Origin: a virus
DNA length: 64,000 nt
Virus record (IMG/VR): IMGVR_UViG_3300021364_000006
Strand: one strand, 5' to 3'
The notes beneath the pieces are model-generated. The model was not told where the DNA came from, ran no database searches, and was given only the letters and a program-made list of their open reading frames with translations. The position numbers and the translations under genes were made by a program. This document shows positions 26,292-35,387 of the stretch, one piece after another (positions within the stretch are counted from its first letter, which is position 1; each line of letters opens with the position of its first letter).

Positions 26292-26318
26292 AAAAAAACC
26301 TCCCCTTAGTGGGGAGGT
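26292..26318 (-). terminator. Intrinsic terminator
   Basis: ACCTCCCC-ACTAA-GGGGAGGT-TTTTTT. Confidence 0.75.
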
Positions 26319-26338
26319 GTGAAATCACTGACTAATGA

Positions 26339-26713
26339 TCAGAAAGCAAACTTGACGCCAAGCTTACCACCTACACCTAGATCATCGAAGTCTTGATCGG
26401 CAGTCATGGCAGAGAGCTCACCATAGACACCTAGACTTTCGGTCACAGCAACGCTAGCACCGATCTTGGCAGAGAACTCAGTCTCAGACTCGGCACCGTC
26501 AGGACTTACGATAGCAGGGCCACCTTGAACATACCAAGCAGCGGACTCACCGATAGGACCTTCGTAGCCAACGTGAAGATCGGTAACGGCTCCAACGTAG
26601 TCATCGCCAGCCCAACCAGCATTGGTTTCTACATTAACATAGGGGCCAGCAACGGCAGCGCCAGCAGAAGCAACGGACAGTGCAGCGGTTGCTGCGAATA
26701 CAGATTTGAACAT
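26339..26713 (-). CDS. Small outer-membrane beta-barrel/porin-like protein (paralog 2)
   Basis: Signal peptide, AGPYVNVE, LHVGYEG, WYVQGGP, GKLGVKFAF. Confidence 0.75.
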   Translation of the reverse strand: MFKSVFAATAALSVASAGAAVAGPYVNVETNAGWAGDDYVGAVTDLHVGYEGPIGESAAWYVQGGPAIVSPDGAESETEFSAKIGASVAVTESLGVYGELSAMTADQDFDDLGVGGKLGVKFAF

Positions 26714-26790
26714 TTGTTTGTACCTTTTTTTTACTTGCGGAGTGGATACCCGCAGATGATGGATCGGTTCGACTTCCGATCGCTTGAGTA

Positions 26791-26819
26791 ATTGTACTAC
26801 CAGACGGTAGTTTTGTCAA
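26791..26819 (-). promoter_or_regulatory. Sigma70 promoter
   Basis: TTGACA-N17-TACAAT. Confidence 0.75.
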
Positions 26820-26888
26820 CAATCTATAGGGTGAGTAGTTGAGACCTTTTCCAGATTGTTACAGTTCATGAAGCGCCTCATGAACATT

Positions 26889-26923
26889 TATTTAGTATAG
26901 CAACGAACTTATTGTTTTGTCAA
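26889..26923 (-). promoter_or_regulatory. Sigma70 promoter with overlapping late motif
   Basis: TTGACA-N18-TATACT/CTAAATA. Confidence 0.65.
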
Positions 26924-26933
26924 ACAGTTCGGT

Positions 26934-27041
26934 TCACCATACTCCAGGAATGATTTGACCAGTGAGGGCATATGCTCCCATAGCAGCAATTACACCGATC
27001 ATGGCAGCCCAACCATTAATACGCTCAGCTCTTTCGTTCAT
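26934..27041 (-). CDS. hli: High-light-inducible protein (35 aa, not in ORF track)
   Basis: MNERAERINGWAAMIGVIAAMGAYALTGQIIPGVW*. Confidence 0.95.
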   Translation of the reverse strand: MNERAERINGWAAMIGVIAAMGAYALTGQIIPGVW

Positions 27042-27187
27042 TGTTTGTTCTCCAAGGATTTGTTAGTAATGATGATCTTCTGACCATCATGAGTGAATTG
27101 TAACTCATCGTCGGGATGCCACAGTAACTCTTCATACAAATCGTCGAGTTTCTGAATATCCTCCCAGAGTTGATTTGGATTTGGCAT
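27038..27187 (-). CDS. Small hypothetical protein (not in ORF track)
   Basis: MPNPNQLWEDIQKLDDLYEELLWHPDDELQF... Confidence 0.6.
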   Translation of the reverse strand: MPNPNQLWEDIQKLDDLYEELLWHPDDELQFTHDGQKIIITNKSLENKQ

Positions 27188-27214
27188 TAGGTGACTCTGT
27201 TTACCTCATATATA

Positions 27215-27433
27215 TCAACTGGAAAGTTCAAGAAAAAACTTAGTGTTATCTCCAGTAGTATTTTCGTAGATAGAACTATCACCATAAATTTTATGGTCTT
27301 TGTATCCTACCATACGACCCTTCGTATTTTGAAGGGCTGGCATAAATGCGATGATGAAGAATACTGCAGGTGCTCCGATCAAAAGAGCACCACCAATAAC
27401 ATAATAAGTAAGAAGTTCAATCAAGTCAGGCAT
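27215..27433 (-). CDS. Membrane hypothetical protein
   Basis: TM helix then FMPALQNTKGRMVGYK. Confidence 0.6.
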   Translation of the reverse strand: MPDLIELLTYYVIGGALLIGAPAVFFIIAFMPALQNTKGRMVGYKDHKIYGDSSIYENTTGDNTKFFLELSS

Positions 27434-27726
27434 CAGTAAAGGCTCTCTTCTTGTTCAGTTAGAATTGTACAATCGCTCTCTGGATATGCAACACAAGTGA
27501 GTACAAATCCAGCGTCCATTTGATCATCATCAAGGAAAGATTGATCGGACTGATCAACAGTTCCAGAAACAATCTTACCAGCACATGAAGAACATGCACC
27601 AGCACGACATGAGTAGTTCAAGTCAAGACCCGCCTCTTCAGCTGCGTCGAGAAGATATTGATCTCCCTCACAGGGGACAACGGTTTCATCTCCTGCAGGA
27701 GTGCGGAAGGTGATATTAAATGCCAT
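27433..27726 (-). CDS. petF: Plant-type [2Fe-2S] ferredoxin
   Basis: [13 protein letters not shown]...[19 protein letters not shown]. Confidence 0.97.
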   Translation of the reverse strand: MAFNITFRTPAGDETVVPCEGDQYLLDAAEEAGLDLNYSCRAGACSSCAGKIVSGTVDQSDQSFLDDDQMDAGFVLTCVAYPESDCTILTEQEESLY

Positions 27727-27812
27727 TAGTAAGTTTCAGCAAGTTGTTCAACAGTATAACCCAGAAGACAGAAGAATGCAACAGTCGTCAGGGTAAAAAT
27801 AATTTCAGTCAT
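27726..27812 (-). CDS. 28-aa TM peptide (not in ORF track)
   Basis: [28 protein letters not shown]; translationally coupled on both sides. Confidence 0.5.
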   Translation of the reverse strand: MTEIIFTLTTVAFFCLLGYTVEQLAETY

Positions 27813-28030
27813 CAGAACCCGAGAATTCCAAAGAAAAATACACTGCCAGTAGTAGCATAGCTGATGAGAGCAGCAGCAAATCCAAGCATAGCAGTGCGTC
27901 CATTTAGTTTCTCCGCACGTTCTGCATAAGTCTCGTATCCATAACGCTCCGCATCAGTCTGAGACACATACATGCGTGGTTCTCTAGCGAACAAATTCTG
28001 TTGTCCACGTTCGTTAGTGGTTACAGTCAT
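27812..28030 (-). CDS. hli: High-light-inducible protein
   Basis: TTNERGQQNLFAREP, AEKLNGRTAMLGF. Confidence 0.9.
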   Translation of the reverse strand: MTVTTNERGQQNLFAREPRMYVSQTDAERYGYETYAERAEKLNGRTAMLGFAAALISYATTGSVFFFGILGF

Positions 28031-28081
28031 TTTCTTTTGTAACGATTTACAACATAATTATATATGATTTGTAAACTTTTG

Positions 28082-28870
28082 TCAAGAATTCGATTCGGGT
28101 GGCAGAGTGCCGTAGAACGGATCGTAATCGAAGTATGGTGTCCAGTCCTCTATCTTAGGTGCAGACCCCTTCCAGAACTCCCATAGACCATTGTAGCTGC
28201 CTTTGTGGAATACATCAATATGAATGTCATGAATATCTGATCCAAGATCAATCTTATACAAGAATAGTGGGATAGCAAACGTATTTCCAGAATTGTAAAT
28301 CAAGTCATCCGCTACAGCTCGTGGTTTGACTCCTTGATCCAATTTGAACTTGTCCCCACGACAATGTAGTCGAACAAGTTTCTCGGCATGGTGCCTGGTG
28401 ATTATGTAACAAGCAGTAGAAAAATCATTGACAAACCTACGATGAATCCTGACACTAACTTGCTGTGGATTAATGATTGCAAGTTGTACAACATCAAAAT
28501 CATATGGGAGTTGTGACTGGAATTGCTTCCAAGTAAATCCCCAATGTTTAACTGTGCTGATGTCGCAGTCATCTTCCATCATCACAAGATACTCGTCATC
28601 ACTATTTTCTAACCAGTGCTTCAGAGCCTTCAAGTGTGAAGTGGTACATCCAATCTCACCAGAAGTCATGTTTTCTGGATATCGACCAGTCAGGATAGAA
28701 CTCAAATCATCATCACGACCATCACAAGCTGATATCCTTGTATAGTTTTCGATGTCCCAATATTCAAACTGCTCCTCCATATACTTGCGACGATCAACCT
28801 TATCATCAAGATTGATATAGTAAACCTGAGGAATGCCCTTCAGTTTAAATGTTGCTTTATTTTTTTCCAT
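28082..28870 (-). CDS. Glycosyltransferase family 25
   Basis: YYINLD...RR, GEIGC..SHL.A, MEDD, STACYII. Confidence 0.8.
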   Translation of the reverse strand: MEKNKATFKLKGIPQVYYINLDDKVDRRKYMEEQFEYWDIENYTRISACDGRDDDLSSILTGRYPENMTSGEIGCTTSHLKALKHWLENSDDEYLVMMEDDCDISTVKHWGFTWKQFQSQLPYDFDVVQLAIINPQQVSVRIHRRFVNDFSTACYIITRHHAEKLVRLHCRGDKFKLDQGVKPRAVADDLIYNSGNTFAIPLFLYKIDLGSDIHDIHIDVFHKGSYNGLWEFWKGSAPKIEDWTPYFDYDPFYGTLPPESNS

Positions 28871-28871
28871 A

Positions 28872-29672
28872 TCATTCAGAATCAAGCAGTGTCCACCTTT
28901 CAGGAATCAGATCCCGTGTAGATTTCTTTTCATTTTGTGGACCAAACCACTTCTTAGGAGCGATAACATCATCAGAGCCAGACAACCATGCACCCCACCA
29001 AGAGAATGAAGAGTTTGCAATAATGTGAGACTTACACATTGACATCAAACAAAGGTCATATCGATTGTCTCCTGTCTCAGAAACACAGAAGCGATCACCT
29101 TCAAATAACTTTTGCTCAACACACCATGCTGGATCATCAGAGAAGACAAGAATAGTTCTCCCTTCATAGTTCTCAAGAGCCTTTTCATAATAATCAAGAC
29201 CAAGATTATAATGATTGGCACTATTCTGAAGATAATCAGTTCTTCTTACATGAAGTGATACAGGATTATCCCAGGTTTTGAAAACCTCCTCACATGCACT
29301 GAGAATATTAAACTTGAATGTAAAATCTTGACGAATGCTATCAGCAATATGTGCAAAGTATTTTTCAGACTGAAAGAATCCCCATAGAGAAACATCGTTG
29401 GGACACTGATCAAACAACCTTTGATCAAATTCAAACTGAACTTCTTTTGCGAGTGGAGCATGTCCTTGATCCAACATTCGCACATTTTTTATATCCAAAT
29501 GTGGAAGATCAAAAGTTTCAAACAACTGATGTTCATCCCATTCATTTTTGAAATCAGATGGAGGGATACCAAAGTCATAGCCACGACGTGCCGCTATGCC
29601 CCTCAGAGCGGCGTATTGAAACATTTGATTACCCAGTCTACCTAATAGACCAAGATGGTTATACGCTAGCAT
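28872..29672 (-). CDS. GT11 alpha-1,2-fucosyltransferase-like
   Basis: GRLGNQMFQYA, FQSEKYF, HVRRTDY, FSDD, IANSSFSWWGAWL. Confidence 0.9.
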   Translation of the reverse strand: MLAYNHLGLLGRLGNQMFQYAALRGIAARRGYDFGIPPSDFKNEWDEHQLFETFDLPHLDIKNVRMLDQGHAPLAKEVQFEFDQRLFDQCPNDVSLWGFFQSEKYFAHIADSIRQDFTFKFNILSACEEVFKTWDNPVSLHVRRTDYLQNSANHYNLGLDYYEKALENYEGRTILVFSDDPAWCVEQKLFEGDRFCVSETGDNRYDLCLMSMCKSHIIANSSFSWWGAWLSGSDDVIAPKKWFGPQNEKKSTRDLIPERWTLLDSE

Positions 29673-30471
29673 TTTGAGACCTCACTTTCAGATATGGGAC
29701 ATTTTGATAATATTCGATTAATTTTTCTCTAGGAGTTTCTCGGAGAGTTTGCCACAGATTGTGGTTCTGCATAAACTTAGGATTGTTGTAATGAGAATTA
29801 TGAGTTCGACCGTGCTCAAAGTGCCAAATTGGGCCTTCAATTCTGCCTACTTTATATCCCAGTGCATTAAATCTGTAATAGAATTCACAATCTTCTGCAC
29901 CCCAAGAAATAAATTCCTCATTCCATAGACCACCTTTGACTACAGCATCTCTATGATAGAACTGAGTCCATCCAATTGTAGATGACTCTGTACGACAATT
30001 TGGTTCCAAAGAATTCAAGTCATGTCCAGACTGAATAAAGTTTTGGAAGACATCCATCGGATAGTCAACTTGATATTGCCATACACCACATCCATATGGA
30101 TATACAACATCCATATTGCCACTGAGAATAGACTCATAGGCAAGCAAGTGGGACCTGATTGGATAGACAACATCAACATCATGACTACAGATCACACTCG
30201 TATCTGTCATCATGATAAGATCATTTAGGATTCTGGTCTTGTGAAACAAGTTATCAGAATTTTCCTCAAAGACATGTGTAAGTTTGTCTGTAGAAACAAT
30301 CTTTTTGATTTCTGGTAAGGCTCTGAACTTAAAGGTTGACTTAGTATCAACTTCCTTTACAAGAACCTTTGCATCTGGAAAACTTTTTAGTAGATAAGAT
30401 ACCGAAGTAATAACATTTTTTAGCCTGTCTTCAGATTCAATCCGACAGGGCATGATATAAGTTAAGTCCAT
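29659..30471 (-). CDS. GT2/GT7-like glycosyltransferase
   Basis: HDVD, GLWNEEF.SWGAEDCE, HFEH. Confidence 0.75.
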   Translation of the reverse strand: MDLTYIMPCRIESEDRLKNVITSVSYLLKSFPDAKVLVKEVDTKSTFKFRALPEIKKIVSTDKLTHVFEENSDNLFHKTRILNDLIMMTDTSVICSHDVDVVYPIRSHLLAYESILSGNMDVVYPYGCGVWQYQVDYPMDVFQNFIQSGHDLNSLEPNCRTESSTIGWTQFYHRDAVVKGGLWNEEFISWGAEDCEFYYRFNALGYKVGRIEGPIWHFEHGRTHNSHYNNPKFMQNHNLWQTLRETPREKLIEYYQNVPYLKVRSQNASV

Positions 30472-31316
30472 TATACCTCCATTTCAATCCAGGACTCGGG
30501 AAGAAGATCACTCATGTCATAATTTTTGTAGTTAGAACCAAACCAAGGCTTGGGTGCAACAACTTTGCCGCGTCCATCTTGTAACCATGCACCCCACCAA
30601 CTCATAGAACTGTTGGCGATGATAGCACCAGAACACAGACTCATCATACACAAATCATAGTATGGCACAAATGATTGCACTCGTCCATCGTTTGTATCTG
30701 CTGTATGCGAATATTTTACATTCTCAGTTGGAAGAACAAATCTATCATCGGTGAATTGTTCGCGACACCAATCAAGATCGTCAGAGAATACAAAGACAGG
30801 AACATCATCAGGAAATTCTTTCAAAGCCTTTTCGTAATATGAAATAGGACAAACAGGATGATTGTCTGGTTGATTTACATAATCACCACGACGAACATGA
30901 ATGAAGATTGGATTATCAAATTGATCCACAACTTCTTTACATGGATCTAGAATTTCTTTTTGAAATCTGTAGTCTTCACGAATAATCTTTTCAGCATTCT
31001 TGAAATACTTTTCGGTTTGAAAGTAATCATGAAGATTTACATTGTCAGGACATCCTCTGAAGAATTGCTCATTGAAATGAAAGCAACCAGTTGCAATATT
31101 CTGATCAGTGGAAAGATATCCAAAGTTCTGAAGTGTAACTGTACTCATTTCAAAACAGTCAAAAAGACCATAGTTTGAATCACCATAGTCATCTGGTGGT
31201 GGGATCAACCAAGAATATCCATGTTGTTTTGCAATGCCACGGAGACCTGCATACTGAAACATTTGATTTCCAAGCCGACCATTTGAACCAAGTCGGTTAT
31301 AACTAATTGCCATCAA
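30471..31316 (-). CDS. GT11 alpha-1,2-fucosyltransferase-like (paralog)
   Basis: GRLGNQMFQYA, HVRRGDY, IANSSMSWWGAWL. Confidence 0.9.
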   Translation of the reverse strand: MMAISYNRLGSNGRLGNQMFQYAGLRGIAKQHGYSWLIPPPDDYGDSNYGLFDCFEMSTVTLQNFGYLSTDQNIATGCFHFNEQFFRGCPDNVNLHDYFQTEKYFKNAEKIIREDYRFQKEILDPCKEVVDQFDNPIFIHVRRGDYVNQPDNHPVCPISYYEKALKEFPDDVPVFVFSDDLDWCREQFTDDRFVLPTENVKYSHTADTNDGRVQSFVPYYDLCMMSLCSGAIIANSSMSWWGAWLQDGRGKVVAPKPWFGSNYKNYDMSDLLPESWIEMEV

Positions 31317-31684
31317 TCTCCTTTTTCAATACGAACACTATCTTCATCAAAATGCTCAGTCGAAAACTCAAACATTACAGTATCTTCTAATGCTCTCATT
31401 CTGTGCCTCATGCCAGTAGGAACATGAAACTTTTCTCCAGCATTTAATTCTTTGACGTATGCCATTTCAAAGTCGTCAAAGTTACTGTAGTATACCATGA
31501 GTTTTCCACTTTGTACATAGAAAACTTCATCCTTTTTGTTATGATAATGCCAAGAACATTGTTTGCCTTTGCAGAACCATAGAATTTTGCCACAATAAAG
31601 TGGACCGTTTGTGATCCACTTTTCGTAGCCCCATCCTTTAGGGACGAATTTGATCGGGGCGTTTTGTGAAGAAGTCATTGTCAT
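31313..31684 (-). CDS. Cupin sugar isomerase (mannose-6-P/D-lyxose isomerase-like)
   Basis: VPKGWGYE, YCGK, SWHYH..KDE.FYV..G, H.M.A, EFST. Confidence 0.75.
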   Translation of the reverse strand: MTMTSSQNAPIKFVPKGWGYEKWITNGPLYCGKILWFCKGKQCSWHYHNKKDEVFYVQSGKLMVYYSNFDDFEMAYVKELNAGEKFHVPTGMRHRMRALEDTVMFEFSTEHFDEDSVRIEKGD

Positions 31685-31988
31685 TCATTCCTTTGTCGTC
31701 GATGTAGTAGTCACCAGAAGGTTTACCAAGATGAAGTTCATGGTACTTACACCCCCAAGACTTCAGTTGAGACTCAGTGAAGTTGTAGAATTCTTTCTCC
31801 GCTAACTCGCGGGAGTTATCAAATCTACCCATACCTCTAGCAGTCAAATAGACAACATGGTTGCCTTCATCGTACAATTTATTTATTTCCTGAATTCTAT
31901 CCCATCTGGGGACAGCATGACTGTATCGACCTTCACCAGCACCAGGAAAACAAATGGTGCCATCAATATCAATTACATAACGCATCAT
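31638..31988 (-). CDS. HAD-family phosphatase (capsule biosynthesis type)
   Basis: DIDGTIC, TARG, GKPSGDYYIDDK. Confidence 0.8.
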   Translation of the reverse strand: MMRYVIDIDGTICFPGAGEGRYSHAVPRWDRIQEINKLYDEGNHVVYLTARGMGRFDNSRELAEKEFYNFTESQLKSWGCKYHELHLGKPSGDYYIDDKGMNDNDFFTKRPDQIRP

Positions 31989-32893
31989 TTGAAACATCTC
32001 CGATATGCCTCATAAAATTCAATAGTTTCTTCTGGAACATATGACTTCCAGTGATTTAGATCGTATAGTAAACTTTGAGTATAACGGTATCCGATGATTT
32101 CTTTCTCTAGATTGGTCACAAGATCTTGCACATTACGATCCTGATATACAGATGCCTTGTTATATACAACACTCTGGGGGAACTTAAGTTGTGCAACATA
32201 TCCACCCCAGATATCATCCATACGTCCAACATGAGGAAGGACTGCATAGTATGGAATTACTTCACGAGCCAGAAAAGTGTTCTGACTGTTGAATGGAGAG
32301 ATACAATATGAACCATATGGTTTATCAACATTGAACTTGACACATGGTTTCATTGATAGACGTGCCATTGCATCAATATCTGGATCACCATCCCACAGAT
32401 CAGCCTGGATCAGAACTTTACGCTCATCCTTTCCAACATAACGTGTTTCAGAACGATGTGGAACTTGCTGAATTGGGAATCCACGATGCCATAGTTCGGG
32501 GTGATTAGTAACTGACAGTGGATCAAATACTTCGGTAGGAGATTCATATAGATCATACTCAATTGTCTTACCAATTAGAAGATCTTGTCCCCAGTTTTCA
32601 TATGGAATGTTGTCATCATCAACAGTAGCAATTACGTCAGCACCTTGCTCATATGCATAAACAAAACCAATGTTCCTACGCTGAATACTATTCCAACCAA
32701 TCGTATCAGATAGTTCTTTCCAACCATGCTCCTGCATATCTGGAGACAGATAGATGCAGTCCAGTTCTTTATAGAGGTGATGTGGTGTTTTCTTATCTCC
32801 AACAACCACCAAAGTCCACCCAGGCATGGCAGAGAAGTTCATGGTAGCCCTAGTGGGCTTATTGATTGTAGTGGTTACGATAAACTTTTTCAT
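31985..32893 (-). CDS. STELLO/DUF288-like glycosyltransferase
   Basis: IVTTTIN, VVGDKKTP, RRNIGF, DDDN, W.RGFP, DPDIDA, PFNSQNT, RMDDIW. Confidence 0.75.
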   Translation of the reverse strand: MKKFIVTTTINKPTRATMNFSAMPGWTLVVVGDKKTPHHLYKELDCIYLSPDMQEHGWKELSDTIGWNSIQRRNIGFVYAYEQGADVIATVDDDNIPYENWGQDLLIGKTIEYDLYESPTEVFDPLSVTNHPELWHRGFPIQQVPHRSETRYVGKDERKVLIQADLWDGDPDIDAMARLSMKPCVKFNVDKPYGSYCISPFNSQNTFLAREVIPYYAVLPHVGRMDDIWGGYVAQLKFPQSVVYNKASVYQDRNVQDLVTNLEKEIIGYRYTQSLLYDLNHWKSYVPEETIEFYEAYRRCFK

Positions 32894-33768
32894 TTCAGAA
32901 ACTTCTCAACAAAGTGCTTGGTCGTGTAGTTATTCACCGCTTTATTATAAGCGTTTTCTCTCATCTGGTCAAATTCATCATAGTTATTGACCACATGATT
33001 TAATATTTTCTTAAGATCCTCTTCGTCTTCAAAATACAGAAAATCTTTTTCTGGTTCAAAGAATTTTTCAATCGGATTCCAGGGATCCTTCTGACATAGA
33101 ATCACACAACGTGCAAATGCTGCTTCAAACATTCTGGATTTGATTTGTGGTGCCCACCCTTTATCGAGTTGGCTGAATGCAGCATTTAAATCACCCTGTG
33201 GGAAGTTGTAATATCTTTGTGCGGTGTCTGGATTAATATTACAAAGACCATGAACAACAGCAACTTTGGTTGCCGCATACATCATCATCTTATCGGCGTA
33301 AGAACACCTGGGAACATTTCCCATACTGTAGTGTCCAAATCTAAAATTATATTTGGTGAAGACATTTTTAATGTAACTTTCCCAAGGAACAGCCTTGGGC
33401 ATACTACCAAAGTAAGAGACATCAATTATCTTTTCTGATGCTGGAGGAATCCAATCTTCACTGAAAGGGAAGAATACAAATTCTCTATTCTCAAATACTT
33501 CTGCAGTATATGGACAGATTGTAAGAATCTTATCTGCCACCTCATGCAGTCTCACTTTGTCACCAGGTGCAACACAAAAGTTTGGTTCTTCTAATGTAAG
33601 AACTACTTTCTCTTTATCATCATAACGACCCGAATACAGATCCTTATAGAAATCAGCCATGAAAAGATAGCAATCTCTTGCAACCTTCTCATACTTTTCA
33701 AAGTTCATGTAATAAAGAGGATCTTCCGTGAGACCATTCTCAGGTCTCAAGAAATTCAAAACTTTCAT
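32890..33768 (-). CDS. Glycosyltransferase (CgeB/GT1_2-like)
   Basis: KSRMFEAA, FFEPEKDFLYF, RENAY....NYT. Confidence 0.65.
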   Translation of the reverse strand: MKVLNFLRPENGLTEDPLYYMNFEKYEKVARDCYLFMADFYKDLYSGRYDDKEKVVLTLEEPNFCVAPGDKVRLHEVADKILTICPYTAEVFENREFVFFPFSEDWIPPASEKIIDVSYFGSMPKAVPWESYIKNVFTKYNFRFGHYSMGNVPRCSYADKMMMYAATKVAVVHGLCNINPDTAQRYYNFPQGDLNAAFSQLDKGWAPQIKSRMFEAAFARCVILCQKDPWNPIEKFFEPEKDFLYFEDEEDLKKILNHVVNNYDEFDQMRENAYNKAVNNYTTKHFVEKFLK

Positions 33769-34565
33769 AATACTTCTGCAATGTCTTCCTTAGTTAATTT
33801 ATACGTTCCAAAATGCTGCACTGAGCGAGATGCCATCAACACAGATTTTTGAACAGCGTAATCAAGATCACCTGTAGTTGCGGTAACAGCTAGAGTTGCT
33901 AAGAATACATCTCCAGCACCAGATACATCATACACATCCACCTTTGGTGCTGGATAAGTTCTACCAAGCCACTTTGCTCCATCCTTTCCAAGAGTTACAA
34001 TGAAAGAACAACTTTCTGGATATGCCAATGCGTCTTTCTCTTCAAATTCATTGATCTTGATATAAGCATTGTGATAGCAAGATAGATCTTTTTTCTTTGA
34101 ATCTACAAAAATTTTTCCCTTATAATGCTCACAAATATAATTTGCAGCTGACCAAGGAATCAAACCTTTATCATAATCTGAAAAGATGATGACATCATAG
34201 TCATCTAGACATTTTAATTTTTGTAGATTCAATGGATCAACACAAGTTCCTTCATCAACACGAAGAAGTTGTTGTTTTGATCTAGCATCAACAAAACGTG
34301 TCTTGCGAAGATCCTCAGGATCATTCGTAATAAAATCCACCTGACACCCAAAAGACTCTAAGTTCTGAAGAACATTAGATGCCATACCAGGATGTAAGGT
34401 GGTTTTAGTATAATCCAAAACAGGAACGGGTGCCTCAGGACTTAGCCTGCGACACTCGCCATAGTGATATTCATCAATACAAGACTCACCGATGAGTAAT
34501 ACTTTTAATGATGTTGGTTGTTGAGTAGTCTCCGACTCTATCGAAAAACCGAACTTCTTTTGCAT
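33765..34565 (-). CDS. RfaE/HldE-type PfkB sugar kinase domain
   Basis: LLIGESCIDEY, RLSPEAPVPV, SDYDKG, VDSK, KINE.E, DVSGAGDVF; start uncertain. Confidence 0.85.
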   Translation of the reverse strand: MQKKFGFSIESETTQQPTSLKVLLIGESCIDEYHYGECRRLSPEAPVPVLDYTKTTLHPGMASNVLQNLESFGCQVDFITNDPEDLRKTRFVDARSKQQLLRVDEGTCVDPLNLQKLKCLDDYDVIIFSDYDKGLIPWSAANYICEHYKGKIFVDSKKKDLSCYHNAYIKINEFEEKDALAYPESCSFIVTLGKDGAKWLGRTYPAPKVDVYDVSGAGDVFLATLAVTATTGDLDYAVQKSVLMASRSVQHFGTYKLTKEDIAEVL

Positions 34566-34896
34566 AATCAGAACCTACGACTTCTTTACCTTTCCAGTCA
34601 GAACCAACCATTAGTATATCAGGTTTGAGTTCTTTTACAAGGGCTGTCAATTCTTCTTTTGTATTGAAGATAACAACAGCATCAATATACCTTATAGACT
34701 CAAGTATAATTTTTCTTGAGTCTTGGTTATTGATGGGCCTACTATAACCCTTCATCTCCTTTACCTTTGAATCAGAATCAATGGCAACAATTAACTGATT
34801 ACCAAGACTCTTTGCTGTTTCAAATAGTTTGATATGACCAGGATGAAGAATGTCAAAGCAACCATTCACAAAGACAAGTTTATCTCTTAGTTTCAT
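34486..34896 (-). CDS. RfaE/HldE-type nucleotidyltransferase domain
   Basis: NGCFDILHPGH, RPIN, VGSDW, YSTT. Confidence 0.85.
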   Translation of the reverse strand: MKLRDKLVFVNGCFDILHPGHIKLFETAKSLGNQLIVAIDSDSKVKEMKGYSRPINNQDSRKIILESIRYIDAVVIFNTKEELTALVKELKPDILMVGSDWKGKEVVGSDYAKEVRFFDRVGDYSTTNIIKSITHR

Positions 34897-35387
34897 TTCT
34901 CACCCATTACCATGAATGCATTGTTTAGATCCACTCCAGATACAAATACGTTCTTGTATCCACGGTCAAACATGTAGGCCTCAATGATTTCAGGAGTGAA
35001 TACATGCTTATGCTTATAGTTGTTCCAGGGTCTCCAGTATCTTTGACTGAAGTCTGGGAGATACAAGAAGAGAGTTCCTCCTTTACGAAGTTTCTCATAC
35101 CAGTAATCCATCGTAGCAACCCAGTCAGGAACATGCTCTAGACAATGACTAGAAAAGATGTAATCTGGTTCAACGTTTGGTGGAAGATTATTTGCTTCCC
35201 ATTCATTATCAAATGATAGATCAATAGGAACTGAATTGGGGAAAGCCCATTCCTTCTTCATACATCCAATATCATATCCATATCCTTTACAAACATGCTG
35301 TGCAAAGGGGATGGCAAATTGAGATGCATTACCCTCAGTCTGAAACTTAGGATACCACTTCTTTTGAAATTCAATAGTTTCGATCAT
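34893..35387 (-). CDS. SAM-dependent methyltransferase
   Basis: GYDIGC, DYIFSSHCLEHV, LRKGG.LFLYLP. Confidence 0.75.
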   Translation of the reverse strand: MIETIEFQKKWYPKFQTEGNASQFAIPFAQHVCKGYGYDIGCMKKEWAFPNSVPIDLSFDNEWEANNLPPNVEPDYIFSSHCLEHVPDWVATMDYWYEKLRKGGTLFLYLPDFSQRYWRPWNNYKHKHVFTPEIIEAYMFDRGYKNVFVSGVDLNNAFMVMGEK

